From assembly GCA_038060895.1 (NCBI GenBank), contig JBBTCT010000022.1, forward strand, positions 229,301 through 293,300: 64,000 nt of DNA, given 5' to 3'. Under the pieces are notes generated by a model. The model ran no database searches, was not told where the DNA came from, and saw only the letters and a program-made list of their open reading frames with translations. Each line of letters begins with the position of its first letter. Positions within the stretch are counted from its first letter, which is position 1. Position numbers and translations under genes: made by a program. Of the stretch, positions 51,009 to 60,616 are shown one piece after another. This DNA comes from Planctomycetota bacterium (GTDB taxonomy: Bacteria; Planctomycetota; MHYJ01; WSZJ01).

Positions 51009-54000
51009 ATGAGCGGCGATTCGTCCCTGCAGAACCGCGCCCTTGCCGAGCTGGCCCGCGCCCGCGGGTGGGTGGAGGACGCGGCGCTCGACCGGGCGGT
51101 CTCGGAAGCGGCAGGCGCCGATCTTGGAAACCGGCTGCGGGACGCCGGGCTGATTTCGCAGGGGCAGCTCGAATCGCTTCGCGCCGCCCTCGGCGTGCCT
51201 CTTCAGCCGGGCTCTGATGCGACGGTGGTCCCGGGCGCGGTCGTCGGCGAGGCGTCTGCGGCAGACACCCAGGTCGGGCCTTACCGGATCCTGCGCGAAC
51301 TCGGCCGCGGTGGCATGGGGGTCGTCTACCGCGCGCTCGACCCGAAGCTCGGGCGCGAAGTCGCGCTCAAGGTGCTTCTCGGTGGCGGCATCGCTCCCGA
51401 GGACCAGGTCGAGCGCTTCCGCCGCGAAGCCGCCCTCCTCGCGCGGCTCGGCCGCCATCCGCATCTCGTCGCGGTGCACGACGCGGGGCGCGACGGGGAT
51501 TCGCTGTACTTCACGATGGACCTCGTCGCCGGGAGGTCGCTGCAAAAGCGCCTCGATGACGAAGGCGCTCTTCCTCCCCTCGAAGCCGCGCGCATCGCCG
51601 CGGAGGCCGCTTCGGCCCTGGCGTTCGTGCATGCTGCGGGGGCGGTGCACCGCGACGTGAAGCCCGCGAACGTCCTGCTCGACGCGGAAGGCCGCGCGTA
51701 TCTCACGGATTTCGGGCTGGCGCGGGCGGGGGATTCCGGGCTGACGCTGACGGGGGACGTCTTCGGGACGCCCGCGTTCATGCCGCCGGAACAGGCGGCG
51801 GGGATGGGGAAGTCCGCGACCGCCGCGGCGGACGTCTATTCGTTGGGCGCGACGCTGTACCAGGCGATGACCGGCGCGGCGCCTTTCGCGGGCGAAAGCG
51901 CGGCCGAGATTCTGCGGCAGGTCGTGAGCGAAGAGCCGCAGGCGCCGCGCTCGGTGCGCGCGGCGATCCCCGTCGATCTCGAAGTCATCTGCCTGAAGGC
52001 GATGCGCAAGGAACCTCACCGCCGGTACGGATCGGCTGCGGACATGGAAGCGGACCTGCGGCATTTCATCGCGGGAGAGTCGATCCAGGCGCGCCCGGCC
52101 GGCGCGGCCGAGAGGGCGGCGGGCTGGGCGCGCCGCCATCGCGGCCCCGTCGCGGCGGGAGCGGTGGCGCTTCTGCTCATCGCCGCAGCAGGCGGCGCCG
52201 CCGGCTGGAAGGCGATCACCCAGGCGCGCTCGGACCGCTCGCGGCAGGAAAACGAATCGCGGGCGCGCGCGGAAGCGGCGCCGCTTCTGGCCGAAGGAAG
52301 TTCCCTGATCCGGCAGTCCGACGAGGCCTGGAGGGCGGGCGATCCCTCCCTCCGCGCCGCGATCGCCGCGCGCGCGATCGCGCCGCTTCGCCGCGCCGCC
52401 GGCCTTCTCCCCGGAGACGGCGACATCGCCTGCGAACTCGGCCGCGCGCTCCGGAGGTCCGGGCATCGCGGTGAAGCGCTGGCCGCGCTCGAGCGCGCGC
52501 AGCGGCTGAGCCCCCGGAACTCGCTGGCGTGGTACGAACACGGGGCGACGCTGATGGACCAGCTCGAAGACCAGCGCGGGCGGATCCTGCGCACGGTCAT
52601 TCCCCGCGGAACCTTCAGCATGGAGCAGGACAGCAAAGTTCGCCCCGTCATGGAAGTGTCGCTGGATGAGACGGCCTCGCCCGCCGCGGAGTCGCTGAAA
52701 GCCCGCGCGGCCCAGGATTTCCGCGCGCTGGTCGATCTCGAGCCGGCCGGCGAACGCTCGGCCTACGGGCGGGGGATCCTGCACTTCTTCGAGAAGCGAT
52801 ACGAGGACGGGCTCCGCGAGCTCGACGCCGCGCTGGCCGAGAATCCGTATTTCTTCGAAGCGCGCGAGGCCCGTGCGCAGCTGCTCGACCTCTGGACGAA
52901 GGACCCGCTTCGCGCCCTCGAAGACCGCCGCACGCTCGCAGCGCAGCTTCCGCTCAACCTGCTCGCGCGCCTCGGATACGCCATGTCGCTGGCGGCGGTG
53001 GGGCGCAAGGAGGAAGCGCTCGCCGCGGCCCGCGGCATCGCCGCCGGGTGGCCGGACGACCTCGTCAGTCAGTTCAACGCGGGCGTGATCTGCCTCGCGT
53101 GCGACGACCGCGACAGCGCGAGCCGCTGCGCCGTCCGCGTGCTCGAGCTGGCGGACACGCAGGAAGAGCTGGAGGCCGGCGTCGAGCTCTCGGTCAATTC
53201 CTGCCTTCTCGTGCACGACGTCGCGGCCGCCGACGAAGCCCTGGAGCGCTTCGCGTCGCGCATCGACCCCGATTTCGCCCACCTCTTGCGCGCCATGGTC
53301 CGCCGCGAACAGGGGCGCCACGCCGAGGCCTCCCGCGAACTCCGGGCGATTTCACCGGATGACCCCTACTACCTCATCTGCTCCGACATGCGCGGCTGGG
53401 TCGAGTGGACCTGCGGCAACCTCGACCTCGCCGACAAGGCCTCCTTCGACGGCGCCCGGCGCTTCAGCGAAGGCGGCAGCTTCTGGGTCCGCGGCCTCAT
53501 CCTCATGGACCTCGGCCGCTACCCCGAGGCCGTCGAAAACCTCGACGCAGCCTGCCGCATCACGCCGGACTTCAACGCCTACATCATTCACCTCTCCGGC
53601 GCCCGCTTCCTCAATCGCGACCTCCCCGGCGCTGTCGAAGCGCTGGCGCAGGCGATCGCGACGACGCCCATGCCCGAGTCGGCGCGCAAGACCGCCGACA
53701 GTTACGTCGCCAACCTCCGCAAGCAGGCGGAAGCGGCAAAAACGCCCGCGCAGGAGGGCGCGCTCGTGCAGGGCGTCGCGGGTGCGCTGGCCTTTCTGGG
53801 GGCGCAGGTCGAGGCCCGCTCGGCGACCCGGCAGGCGATCGACATCGGCCTCGCCGGCCTCTGGTACCTGCTCCAGCAATTCTACTTCGACCGAGGGATG
53901 CACAAGGAATCGTCGACGGCCGGCGAAGCGCACCTGAGGATCCAGCGCAACGGGGCGGTCTTGTACAAGCTGGCGCGCTCAAAAGCTTCCGAGGGGAAGA

Positions 54001-54137
54001 CAAAGTCGGCGCTGAAGGCGCTCGCGGAGGCGTTCGAGAAAGGCTTCGACGACGGAAAGCGGCTGGACTCGGAAAAGGCGTTTGACGGAGTGAGGGAGTC
54101 GGGGGATTTCATTGAGCTTCGGAAGCGGTGCCGGTGA
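51009..54137 (+). CDS. Ser/Thr protein kinase with TM segment and TPR-repeat C-terminal region
   Basis: 'LGRGGMGVVYRA...VALKV', 'HRDVKPANVLL', 'DFGLAR' and 'TPAFMPPEQ'. TM segment 'AAGAVALLLIAAAGGAAG'. TPR-like repeats follow. Confidence 0.9.
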   Translation: MSGDSSLQNRALAELARARGWVEDAALDRAVSEAAGADLGNRLRDAGLISQGQLESLRAALGVPLQPGSDATVVPGAVVGEASAADTQVGPYRILRELGRGGMGVVYRALDPKLGREVALKVLLGGGIAPEDQVERFRREAALLARLGRHPHLVAVHDAGRDGDSLYFTMDLVAGRSLQKRLDDEGALPPLEAARIAAEAASALAFVHAAGAVHRDVKPANVLLDAEGRAYLTDFGLARAGDSGLTLTGDVFGTPAFMPPEQAAGMGKSATAAADVYSLGATLYQAMTGAAPFAGESAAEILRQVVSEEPQAPRSVRAAIPVDLEVICLKAMRKEPHRRYGSAADMEADLRHFIAGESIQARPAGAAERAAGWARRHRGPVAAGAVALLLIAAAGGAAGWKAITQARSDRSRQENESRARAEAAPLLAEGSSLIRQSDEAWRAGDPSLRAAIAARAIAPLRRAAGLLPGDGDIACELGRALRRSGHRGEALAALERAQRLSPRNSLAWYEHGATLMDQLEDQRGRILRTVIPRGTFSMEQDSKVRPVMEVSLDETASPAAESLKARAAQDFRALVDLEPAGERSAYGRGILHFFEKRYEDGLRELDAALAENPYFFEAREARAQLLDLWTKDPLRALEDRRTLAAQLPLNLLARLGYAMSLAAVGRKEEALAAARGIAAGWPDDLVSQFNAGVICLACDDRDSASRCAVRVLELADTQEELEAGVELSVNSCLLVHDVAAADEALERFASRIDPDFAHLLRAMVRREQGRHAEASRELRAISPDDPYYLICSDMRGWVEWTCGNLDLADKASFDGARRFSEGGSFWVRGLILMDLGRYPEAVENLDAACRITPDFNAYIIHLSGARFLNRDLPGAVEALAQAIATTPMPESARKTADSYVANLRKQAEAAKTPAQEGALVQGVAGALAFLGAQVEARSATRQAIDIGLAGLWYLLQQFYFDRGMHKESSTAGEAHLRIQRNGAVLYKLARSKASEGKTKSALKALAEAFEKGFDDGKRLDSEKAFDGVRESGDFIELRKRCR

Positions 54138-54152
54138 TCCGACGCACGACCA

Positions 54153-54758
54153 TCAACAATTCTCGTACTTCCAGTTCCGCGACTTTCCTTTCGTCAGCCA
54201 CTCCAGCGTCGTCGCGAGGCGGCGCTGGCGCGTCGCCTCCTGTTTCGCTTCCGTGATCCACTCGATGTACTCGCGCCGGTGGCTCGGCGGAAAGGCCTCG
54301 AACGTCGCGCGCGCCTTCGCGTTTTTCTTGAGCGCCGCGGCGAGATCCGCCGGCACCTTCGCCTCAGGCTTCTTCGTGCGTGGCCGCGACATCGGCGACT
54401 TCGCACCGGAGAGGTTCAGCTCGACGGCCTGCCGCACGTAGTCCGCGATCACTCCGTCCGGCGGAAGCTGCGACACGTCCGTGTACCGAGACCCCATCAT
54501 CCCGTCGTGCCTGCCGAGAATCCCCGCCGGGTCCTTCATCTGCTTCTCGCGCCAGAACCCGAACGTCGCGTGCGCCTTGAACGCCGCCATCCCGCAGACC
54601 ATTCCGTACTTCTCGAAGCTCGGCACACCCCACTTGATTTTCTCCTCGATCCCGGGGCACCCCGTGCGCACCGCCGCGCGGACGCGCTTCAGGATCGGCT
54701 GCGCGAACGGCGCGGCCTTCGCGATGTACGCATCGACTTTCTTCGAGTCGTCGGGCAT
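54153..54758 (-). CDS. DUF1801 (YdhG-like) + YdeI/OmpD-associated domain protein
   Basis: 'VDAYIAKAAPFAQPILKRVRAAV...IKWGVPSF' and the C-terminal 'FPPSHRREYIEWITEAKQEATRQRRL'. The start is ATG 54758. Confidence 0.8.
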   Translation of the reverse strand: MPDDSKKVDAYIAKAAPFAQPILKRVRAAVRTGCPGIEEKIKWGVPSFEKYGMVCGMAAFKAHATFGFWREKQMKDPAGILGRHDGMMGSRYTDVSQLPPDGVIADYVRQAVELNLSGAKSPMSRPRTKKPEAKVPADLAAALKKNAKARATFEAFPPSHRREYIEWITEAKQEATRQRRLATTLEWLTKGKSRNWKYENC

Positions 54759-54845
54759 GGCGGGACCTCTTGCAGGAGAAGCGCCGATGTTGCGGAAGGC
54801 CGCCCGGCGAGTCAAGCCGCGCGCACCGCGTATAATGCGCACCCC

Positions 54846-55307
54846 TTGCGACTCTTCCTCGCCACCGGCTGCGGCCTCGGCCGATTCCCCTTCGGCGGAT
54901 CGATCGCGTCGCTTGCCTCCTGCTTCTTCGCCGTCGTCGTCGCCGAATCGACGTTCCCTGACCGGCTCGAGTGGGCGGTGCTCGCCGTCCTTGCGTCGCT
55001 CGTGTGCCTTGCGACAGCCGGAGAAGCGGAGCGGGTGCTCGGGAGGAAGGACCCGCTGGAAGTCGTCGCCGACGAATTCGCGGGGATGTGGCTGGCGTTT
55101 GCAATCGCGCCGCCGGGGCGGAATCTCGCACTGGTCTTCGTGGTGTTCGGACTATTCCGACTCTTCGACGGCGTAAAGCCGTTCGGGCTGAAGAAGCTCC
55201 AGGCGGCACCGGGCGCAGTGGGGATCCTGATTGACGACCTGGTGGCAGGTGCCATAGCAGGAGCCGGCACCCTCGGCCTGTCCGCCGCGTTACCGGGAGT
55301 CCTTTAG
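54846..55307 (+). CDS. pgpA: phosphatidylglycerophosphatase A
   Basis: 'LATGCGLGRFPFGGSIASL', 'DPLEVVADEFAGMW' and 'FRLFDGVKPFG'. No in-frame ATG exists, so TTG 54846 is proposed. TATAAT (54831-54836) lies 9 nt upstream. Confidence 0.7.
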   Translation: MRLFLATGCGLGRFPFGGSIASLASCFFAVVVAESTFPDRLEWAVLAVLASLVCLATAGEAERVLGRKDPLEVVADEFAGMWLAFAIAPPGRNLALVFVVFGLFRLFDGVKPFGLKKLQAAPGAVGILIDDLVAGAIAGAGTLGLSAALPGVL

Positions 55308-55318
55308 CCGACCGCGGG

Positions 55319-55903
55319 CTACTTCGTGCCTGCCGGGGCCATCCAGGCACTTGGGTCGCCGTCGAGGAGGTCATCGGCGAGCGAGCCGGTCGGACTGTCG
55401 TACGTAAAGACGTCCACGCGGCCCTGGAAGAAGAGGACGTTGAGATCGTCCCCGTTGCCGTGATTCGGCTCGCCCGTCGCAGGATTGTCGTCGTCGCAGG
55501 CGATCGGCAGGTCCGGGGGCGCGCCGTCGTTGATGCCCGCGGTCGTCCACGTGTAGGTCACGCCGCCTTCAGGCGTGTAGGCGCCCGCGTCCACGATCGC
55601 GGCGTAGTGCGTCCCCGTGCCGCCCTTGCCGACTACGGCGCAGCGGAACAGATTGCCGTCGGTCGCCAGGTCGGGGCGCCAGAGCAACCCGAACCACGTC
55701 AGGGCGCCCGGCGTCGGGTAGGCCTTGAACTTTCCCTCGTACAGGGCGAAGTACACGCCGATCTGCTTGAGCGAGTTCTTGCAGTCCGTCTTGCGGCTCG
55801 ATTTGCGCGCCGCGGCCAGGGCAGGGAGGAGGAGCGCCGCCAGGATGCCGATGATGGCGATGACGACGAGCAGTTCGATGAGAGTGAAGCCTTTGCGTCG
55901 CAT
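55319..55903 (-). CDS. prepilin-type N-terminal cleavage/methylation domain protein (pseudopilin-like)
   Basis: '[29 protein letters not shown]'. SD AGGAG. Confidence 0.85.
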   Translation of the reverse strand: MRRKGFTLIELLVVIAIIGILAALLLPALAAARKSSRKTDCKNSLKQIGVYFALYEGKFKAYPTPGALTWFGLLWRPDLATDGNLFRCAVVGKGGTGTHYAAIVDAGAYTPEGGVTYTWTTAGINDGAPPDLPIACDDDNPATGEPNHGNGDDLNVLFFQGRVDVFTYDSPTGSLADDLLDGDPSAWMAPAGTK

Positions 55904-56108
55904 CAGACGTCTCCTGCTCCAAGAATAGCGTTTGTTCCCCACAAAGAGATGCCGGCATTCGTGAGGGGCTTTCACGGGGAAGCGGAATTCGTCCATCGGG
56001 GGAGGAGGGGCTATCGAATAGCCGCCACGACCTAACTTCCGGCTTACTTCAGCTCCGTCTGCGCGCTCTTTCCCCCACCCGTCCCGCTATCATGCATCTC
56101 CGACACCC

Positions 56109-56762
56109 GTGCCCACCTTCCCCAGCACCATCTGGCACGACCTCGACCGCGCCCGCAACGGCGAGGCCGCCGCGTGGACCGCCGTCGTCACCCGCTATCG
56201 CCCGGCGATTCACTCCTTTCTTCGAAGCGCCGGCAGATCGGAGGCCGACGCGGATGACATCGCGCAGGATGTCTTCCTCCAGATGGTCCGCAGCAGCCTC
56301 CTCGACGGCGCGCACCCCAGGCGCGGCAAGTTCCGGAGCCTCGTCCTCGCCGTGACGACCAACGTCATGCGCCACAAGCTCCGCGACGACCGCGCGGAAA
56401 AACGCGGCGGCGGCAGGAAGCCCGTCCCGCTCGAAGGGCAGGACGTCCCGGCGCCCGAGGAAGAAGAGCGCTTCGACCGCGAATGGGTCAAGCGCATGGT
56501 CGCCTCGGCGCTCGAAGAGCTGGCCCGGACACGGCCGCTCTATCACGAAGCGCTCCGGCTCTCCCTCGAGGACCGGACGCAGGCGCAGATCGCGCAGACG
56601 CTGGGAAAGTCGTCCGCCCAGGTGAACAACCACATCCATCGCGCGAAGAAGTGGGTCCGGCGGCGGTTGCGCGCGCTGGTGAGGGAGTCGTGCGCGGACG
56701 CGGTGACGTACCGGGAGGAGCTCGCCTACCTCGGGAAGTACCTGGACCTGGAGGGGGAATAG
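56109..56762 (+). CDS. ECF-type RNA polymerase sigma factor
   Basis: Region 2 is 'YRPAIHSFLRSAGRSEADADDIAQDVFLQMV'. Region 4 is 'LEDRTQAQIAQTLGKSSAQVNNHIHRAKKWVR'. GTG start. Confidence 0.85.
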   Translation: MPTFPSTIWHDLDRARNGEAAAWTAVVTRYRPAIHSFLRSAGRSEADADDIAQDVFLQMVRSSLLDGAHPRRGKFRSLVLAVTTNVMRHKLRDDRAEKRGGGRKPVPLEGQDVPAPEEEERFDREWVKRMVASALEELARTRPLYHEALRLSLEDRTQAQIAQTLGKSSAQVNNHIHRAKKWVRRRLRALVRESCADAVTYREELAYLGKYLDLEGE

Positions 56763-56764
56763 CC

Positions 56765-59332
56765 CTATTTCGCAGCTTCCACCGACCGCACCAGCCTGAA
56801 CCCGATGTCGCTGTCCACTTCTCTCTCCGGATCCCCATCCACGAACGTCGTCCGAAACTCGACCCAGTCCATGTCGCGCGACCCGCCGCCCCGCACCCCG
56901 CGCAGCCTCACCGACTTGTCCTGCCAGTTCGAGCACCACTCCTTCACATTCCCCGCCAGGTCCATGATCCCGTACGGGCACTCGTCCGCGGGATTCGACC
57001 CGACGGGAAGCGCCCCGAGTTCCACCGTCGGTCGCGACCGCCCGCCGTTCGTCCAGATCCAGTCGAACGTCGGTCCCCACGGAAACGCACGCCCGTCCGC
57101 GCCGCGGGCGATCGCTTCGCGCTCCCGCGTCGTCGGAAGCCGCCACGGGAGCCCGTCCCGCTGCGCCCGCCACGCGCAATACTTCCGCGCGTCCCAGTAC
57201 GACACTTTCACCATCGGCAGACGCAGACCTCCGTCCGGGTAACCCGGCTCCGCCGGCATCAGCCGCCCGTCCCGCATCTCCCAGCCGTCCGGCGGCGCCC
57301 GCTTCCGCAATTCCTCCGGGTCCCCCGCTGCCGCAAGCGCCGCGAGATACTCCGCGTACTCCGCACGCGTAACCTCGTACTTCCCGGCCACCAGGTCCCC
57401 CATCTCGCGAACCCGCCGCCTCTCGTCCGGACCCACGACGAATTTTCCGGCAGGCACGTGCACGAAGTCCGCACCGATCTCCGCTTCCGTCAGCAGCCGT
57501 ACCGTCGCGGCCACCTGCGGATACTTGCGCGTGATCGCGAACGGGAAGCGCGTGTCCCGGCGGCCCGGGAGCCGGAGGATCGCCAGGTACGAACCCGCCG
57601 GCAGCTTTTCCGGCGGCGCTTTCATCGGGCGCAGCACGAGTCGTGGATCCTCTCCCTGCTCGTACCGGAAGTACTCAACGGCAGCGCCCGGCGGGTCCGA
57701 GGTGATCACCACCGAGCCGCTCGCGCGGTCGCACTCTTCCGACCTCGGCTTGTCGTAGAGCTTCAGCAGACCTTTCGCTTCCGCCATCTTGAGTGCATCC
57801 CCGGCCCACTCCGCGCGCTTGAAAGCTCTCCAGTAATAGCCGGACAGGAATTCCCGGGGCGGCGCGTAGTCCGGGTCGGCCTGTACGGCGGACGAATAGA
57901 AGTGGACCACCTTTGTGCGTTCCTCGGAGAGTTCGCGCTCGAGCGTGGCGATCCGGGTTTCCATTCTCCAGAGCTCGTCGTGCTTGCCGGAGGGCGCGGT
58001 GGTGTCGAGCGAAGCGAACAGCGCGTCGCGTTCGACCTGAAGTGCCTTGAGCGAGGCGCCAATCTCCTTCACACGCGCGCGTGCCGCCTTTCCCTGCTCG
58101 GTGTTGCGCTCCGCGTTGTACCGCTTTGCTTCCCGACGCTTGAGCGCCAGCAGGTTCGAGTTCCGGTCGCTCTTCTCGAGATTCCAGAGCTGGCTGGCCA
58201 GCCACACGGCCTGCTCCGTGTCGCGTTCCGCCAGGACCTCCGCGTGTTTCGCTTCGACGTCGCTCCGGTGGCGGGCGGCATCGACGGCGAGCTTCACGCC
58301 GAGTCCTGCGAGTGCGAGCACCAGGGCGGCTCCCGCCGTCGCGGCCGCGACATGACGGCGCACCCAGAGTTCCGCCTTGCGCGCCGGCGAAGGCGGGCGC
58401 GCGAGCACGCGGCCTCCGTCGAGATGTCTGCGGAGGTCGTCGGCAAAGGAAGCGGCATCCGGGTATCGGCGCGCAGGATCTTTTTCGAGGGCGCGCAGGG
58501 CGACGAGCTCGAGGTCGCGCGGGACGCCGGGATTCAGCGCGTTCGGGGGAAGCGGATCTTCATACGCGACCCGCCGGATCACGTCGGCCGCGTTATCCCC
58601 CTGGTGCGGGGCGCGGCCGGTGAGGATGTGGTACAGGATCGCGCCGAGCGCGTAGACGTCGGTGCGGACCGAAAGGAGCCCCGACTGCCCGAGCGCCTGC
58701 TCGGGCGCCATGTACCACGGCGTCCCCAGCGTCGTCCCGCTCTGCGTCAGCGCCGTCTCGGAATCGATCTTCCGCGCAAGGCCGAAGTCCGCGACCTTCG
58801 GCACGCCGGCAGGCGTCAGCAGCAGATTTCCCGGCTTCAAATCGCGGTGAATGATCCCCGTCCCGTGCGCGTAATGCACCGCCCGGCTCACCGTTTCCAG
58901 GATCTCCGCCCCCTTGCGAATCTCCACGTCGTTCGCGCTCAGCGCTTCCGCCAGCGTCCTCCCGCGGATCAGCTCCATCACCAGGATCATTCGCCCTTCT
59001 TCCCAGCCCACGTCGTAAATCGTCACGATGTTCGGGTGCGTCAGCTTCGCCGCCATCTCCGCTTCACGCCGGAACCGGATCCCCATCTCCGCGTCCCCGC
59101 GGCTCTCCTCGCGCAGCACCTTGACCGCGACCTCGCGCTGCAGCTTCTTGTCGAACGCCGCGTAAACCACCGCCGTGCCGCCGCGCCCGAGCTCCTCGCG
59201 CATCTCAAACCGCGAAGCCGCCAGCGGCGGCGCCATCTGCACCGTCGCCACTTCCTTCATGGCGCTTCGCATCGCATCGTCGAGGGATTCGGGTTTCATG
59301 GTCGAGGTCCGGGAAGCGGCGGGCATTTTCAC
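56765..59332 (-). CDS. Ser/Thr protein kinase - TM - coiled coil - FGE-sulfatase (SUMF1) domain fusion
   Basis: 'LGRGGTAVVYAA...VAVKV', 'HRDLKPGNLLL' and 'DFGLAR'. TM segment 'AATAGAALVLALAGLGV'. The C-terminal domain has 'VTRAEYAEYL', 'VSYWDARKYCAWR', 'LPTTREREAIARG', 'CPYGIMDLAGNVKEWC', 'RGGGS' and 'GFRLV'. Confidence 0.9.
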   Translation of the reverse strand: MKMPAASRTSTMKPESLDDAMRSAMKEVATVQMAPPLAASRFEMREELGRGGTAVVYAAFDKKLQREVAVKVLREESRGDAEMGIRFRREAEMAAKLTHPNIVTIYDVGWEEGRMILVMELIRGRTLAEALSANDVEIRKGAEILETVSRAVHYAHGTGIIHRDLKPGNLLLTPAGVPKVADFGLARKIDSETALTQSGTTLGTPWYMAPEQALGQSGLLSVRTDVYALGAILYHILTGRAPHQGDNAADVIRRVAYEDPLPPNALNPGVPRDLELVALRALEKDPARRYPDAASFADDLRRHLDGGRVLARPPSPARKAELWVRRHVAAATAGAALVLALAGLGVKLAVDAARHRSDVEAKHAEVLAERDTEQAVWLASQLWNLEKSDRNSNLLALKRREAKRYNAERNTEQGKAARARVKEIGASLKALQVERDALFASLDTTAPSGKHDELWRMETRIATLERELSEERTKVVHFYSSAVQADPDYAPPREFLSGYYWRAFKRAEWAGDALKMAEAKGLLKLYDKPRSEECDRASGSVVITSDPPGAAVEYFRYEQGEDPRLVLRPMKAPPEKLPAGSYLAILRLPGRRDTRFPFAITRKYPQVAATVRLLTEAEIGADFVHVPAGKFVVGPDERRRVREMGDLVAGKYEVTRAEYAEYLAALAAAGDPEELRKRAPPDGWEMRDGRLMPAEPGYPDGGLRLPMVKVSYWDARKYCAWRAQRDGLPWRLPTTREREAIARGADGRAFPWGPTFDWIWTNGGRSRPTVELGALPVGSNPADECPYGIMDLAGNVKEWCSNWQDKSVRLRGVRGGGSRDMDWVEFRTTFVDGDPEREVDSDIGFRLVRSVEAAK

Positions 59333-59482
59333 ACAAAGAGATGCCCGGTGGCGTCCGGTTGTTTCACTTCATTCCAGGAATGACGGCATTTAAGGTTCGG
59401 TGAAGGTTCGGCCGCTTCTCGAATGGGCATCTCACGCTCGTTGCTTCGCGTCCCGCGATTCCCGTAGAATCCATGGGCTCAC

Positions 59483-60616
59483 ATGGGGGACCTCGCGATG
59501 GGCGAACACACGCGCGATCGGGCTGGCGCCGACGCGGATTCACTGCGCGCGGAGAATCTGCGCCTCGAGACCCTGGTTCGCAAGCAGGAACTGGACTTCA
59601 AGACGCTCCTCGAGATGGCCAACGCGATCAACGAGCGGTCGCTGGATCCGCGCGGGATCGAGGCCTACCTCATCTACATCTGCAACGCTGTGCGCGGGCA
59701 GTTCGGGGTCACGAAGGCGCATGTGGTGCGGGAAGCGATGGACGGGGAAGCGCGGCGGTTCATCCTGATGGAGCGGGGGAAGACGGTGTTTGAGTGCGCG
59801 CGGGACGGGGAGTTCGCGAAGGCGATGGTGAAGGCGCGCGGGGCGGTGCCGCTCTCGGGGGATCCGGTGGCGAATCTGCCGGAGGCCGCGCAGCTCAAGG
59901 CGCTCGACCTCGAAACCGTGGCGCCGCTTCTGAGATTCGCCGAAGGAAAAGCCGAACTCAAGGGGGTGCTCGCGATCGGAAAGCGGCTCGTCAAGGCGCC
60001 TTTCGCGGCCGACGACCTCCAGATGTTTGGATTGCTGGGGAGCATCATCGCGATTTCGCTGCATAATGCGGAACTGCACCGGAAGGCGATCGTGGACACG
60101 CTGACGCAGGTGTACAGCCGGGGGCATTTCGACCTGGCGATGGAAGCGGAGATTTCCCGTGCGGAGCGGTACGGCGGACAGCATCATTCCGACGAGGTGC
60201 GGTTCGTGTCGCTGGTGATGATGGACATCGACCACTTCAAGAAGGTGAACGACACGCACGGCCACCTGGGCGGGGACGCGGTGTTGCGGGTGGTGGCGCG
60301 GGCGCTGAGGCAGACGGTGAGGAAATCGGACGTGGTGTCGCGGTACGGCGGCGAAGAGTTTGCGTTGATCGCGCCGGAGACGAACAAAGAGGAGGCGATC
60401 CGGATGGCGGAGCGGTTGCGGCTGAGGATCGCCGGGGAGAAGGCGGAGAGCGGCGGGAAGTCGCTGGCGGTCACCGCGAGCTTCGGGGTCGCGACGTACC
60501 CCAATGATGCGGGGGATCTGCGCGCGCTGGTGGCGGCCGCCGACAAGGCGCTGTACGCGGCCAAAGAGCGCGGGCGTAACCAGGTCGTCGCCGCTTCCGG
60601 CCGGGAGCACGCCTGA
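59483..60616 (+). CDS. GAF-domain diguanylate cyclase (GGDEF)
   Basis: 'DIDHFKKVNDTHGHLGGD', 'RYGGEEFALIAPET' and 'ALYAAKERGRNQV'. Confidence 0.9.
   Translation: MGDLAMGEHTRDRAGADADSLRAENLRLETLVRKQELDFKTLLEMANAINERSLDPRGIEAYLIYICNAVRGQFGVTKAHVVREAMDGEARRFILMERGKTVFECARDGEFAKAMVKARGAVPLSGDPVANLPEAAQLKALDLETVAPLLRFAEGKAELKGVLAIGKRLVKAPFAADDLQMFGLLGSIIAISLHNAELHRKAIVDTLTQVYSRGHFDLAMEAEISRAERYGGQHHSDEVRFVSLVMMDIDHFKKVNDTHGHLGGDAVLRVVARALRQTVRKSDVVSRYGGEEFALIAPETNKEEAIRMAERLRLRIAGEKAESGGKSLAVTASFGVATYPNDAGDLRALVAAADKALYAAKERGRNQVVAASGREHA

Noticed and set aside
50022-53321. 1,099-aa ORF on the minus strand, the longest ORF in the track.
   Set aside because: It is antisense to the well-supported Ser/Thr kinase-TPR gene (51009-54137). 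Its translation is Arg/Pro/Gly/Ala-rich with no motif. This is a typical high-GC shadow ORF. The same reasoning applies to 8329..10674(-), 56483..59383(+), 10853..12535(-), 60184..61761(-), 36046..37464(-), 37605..39143(-), 30429..32471(-) and 19226..21082(+)/21049..22983(+).
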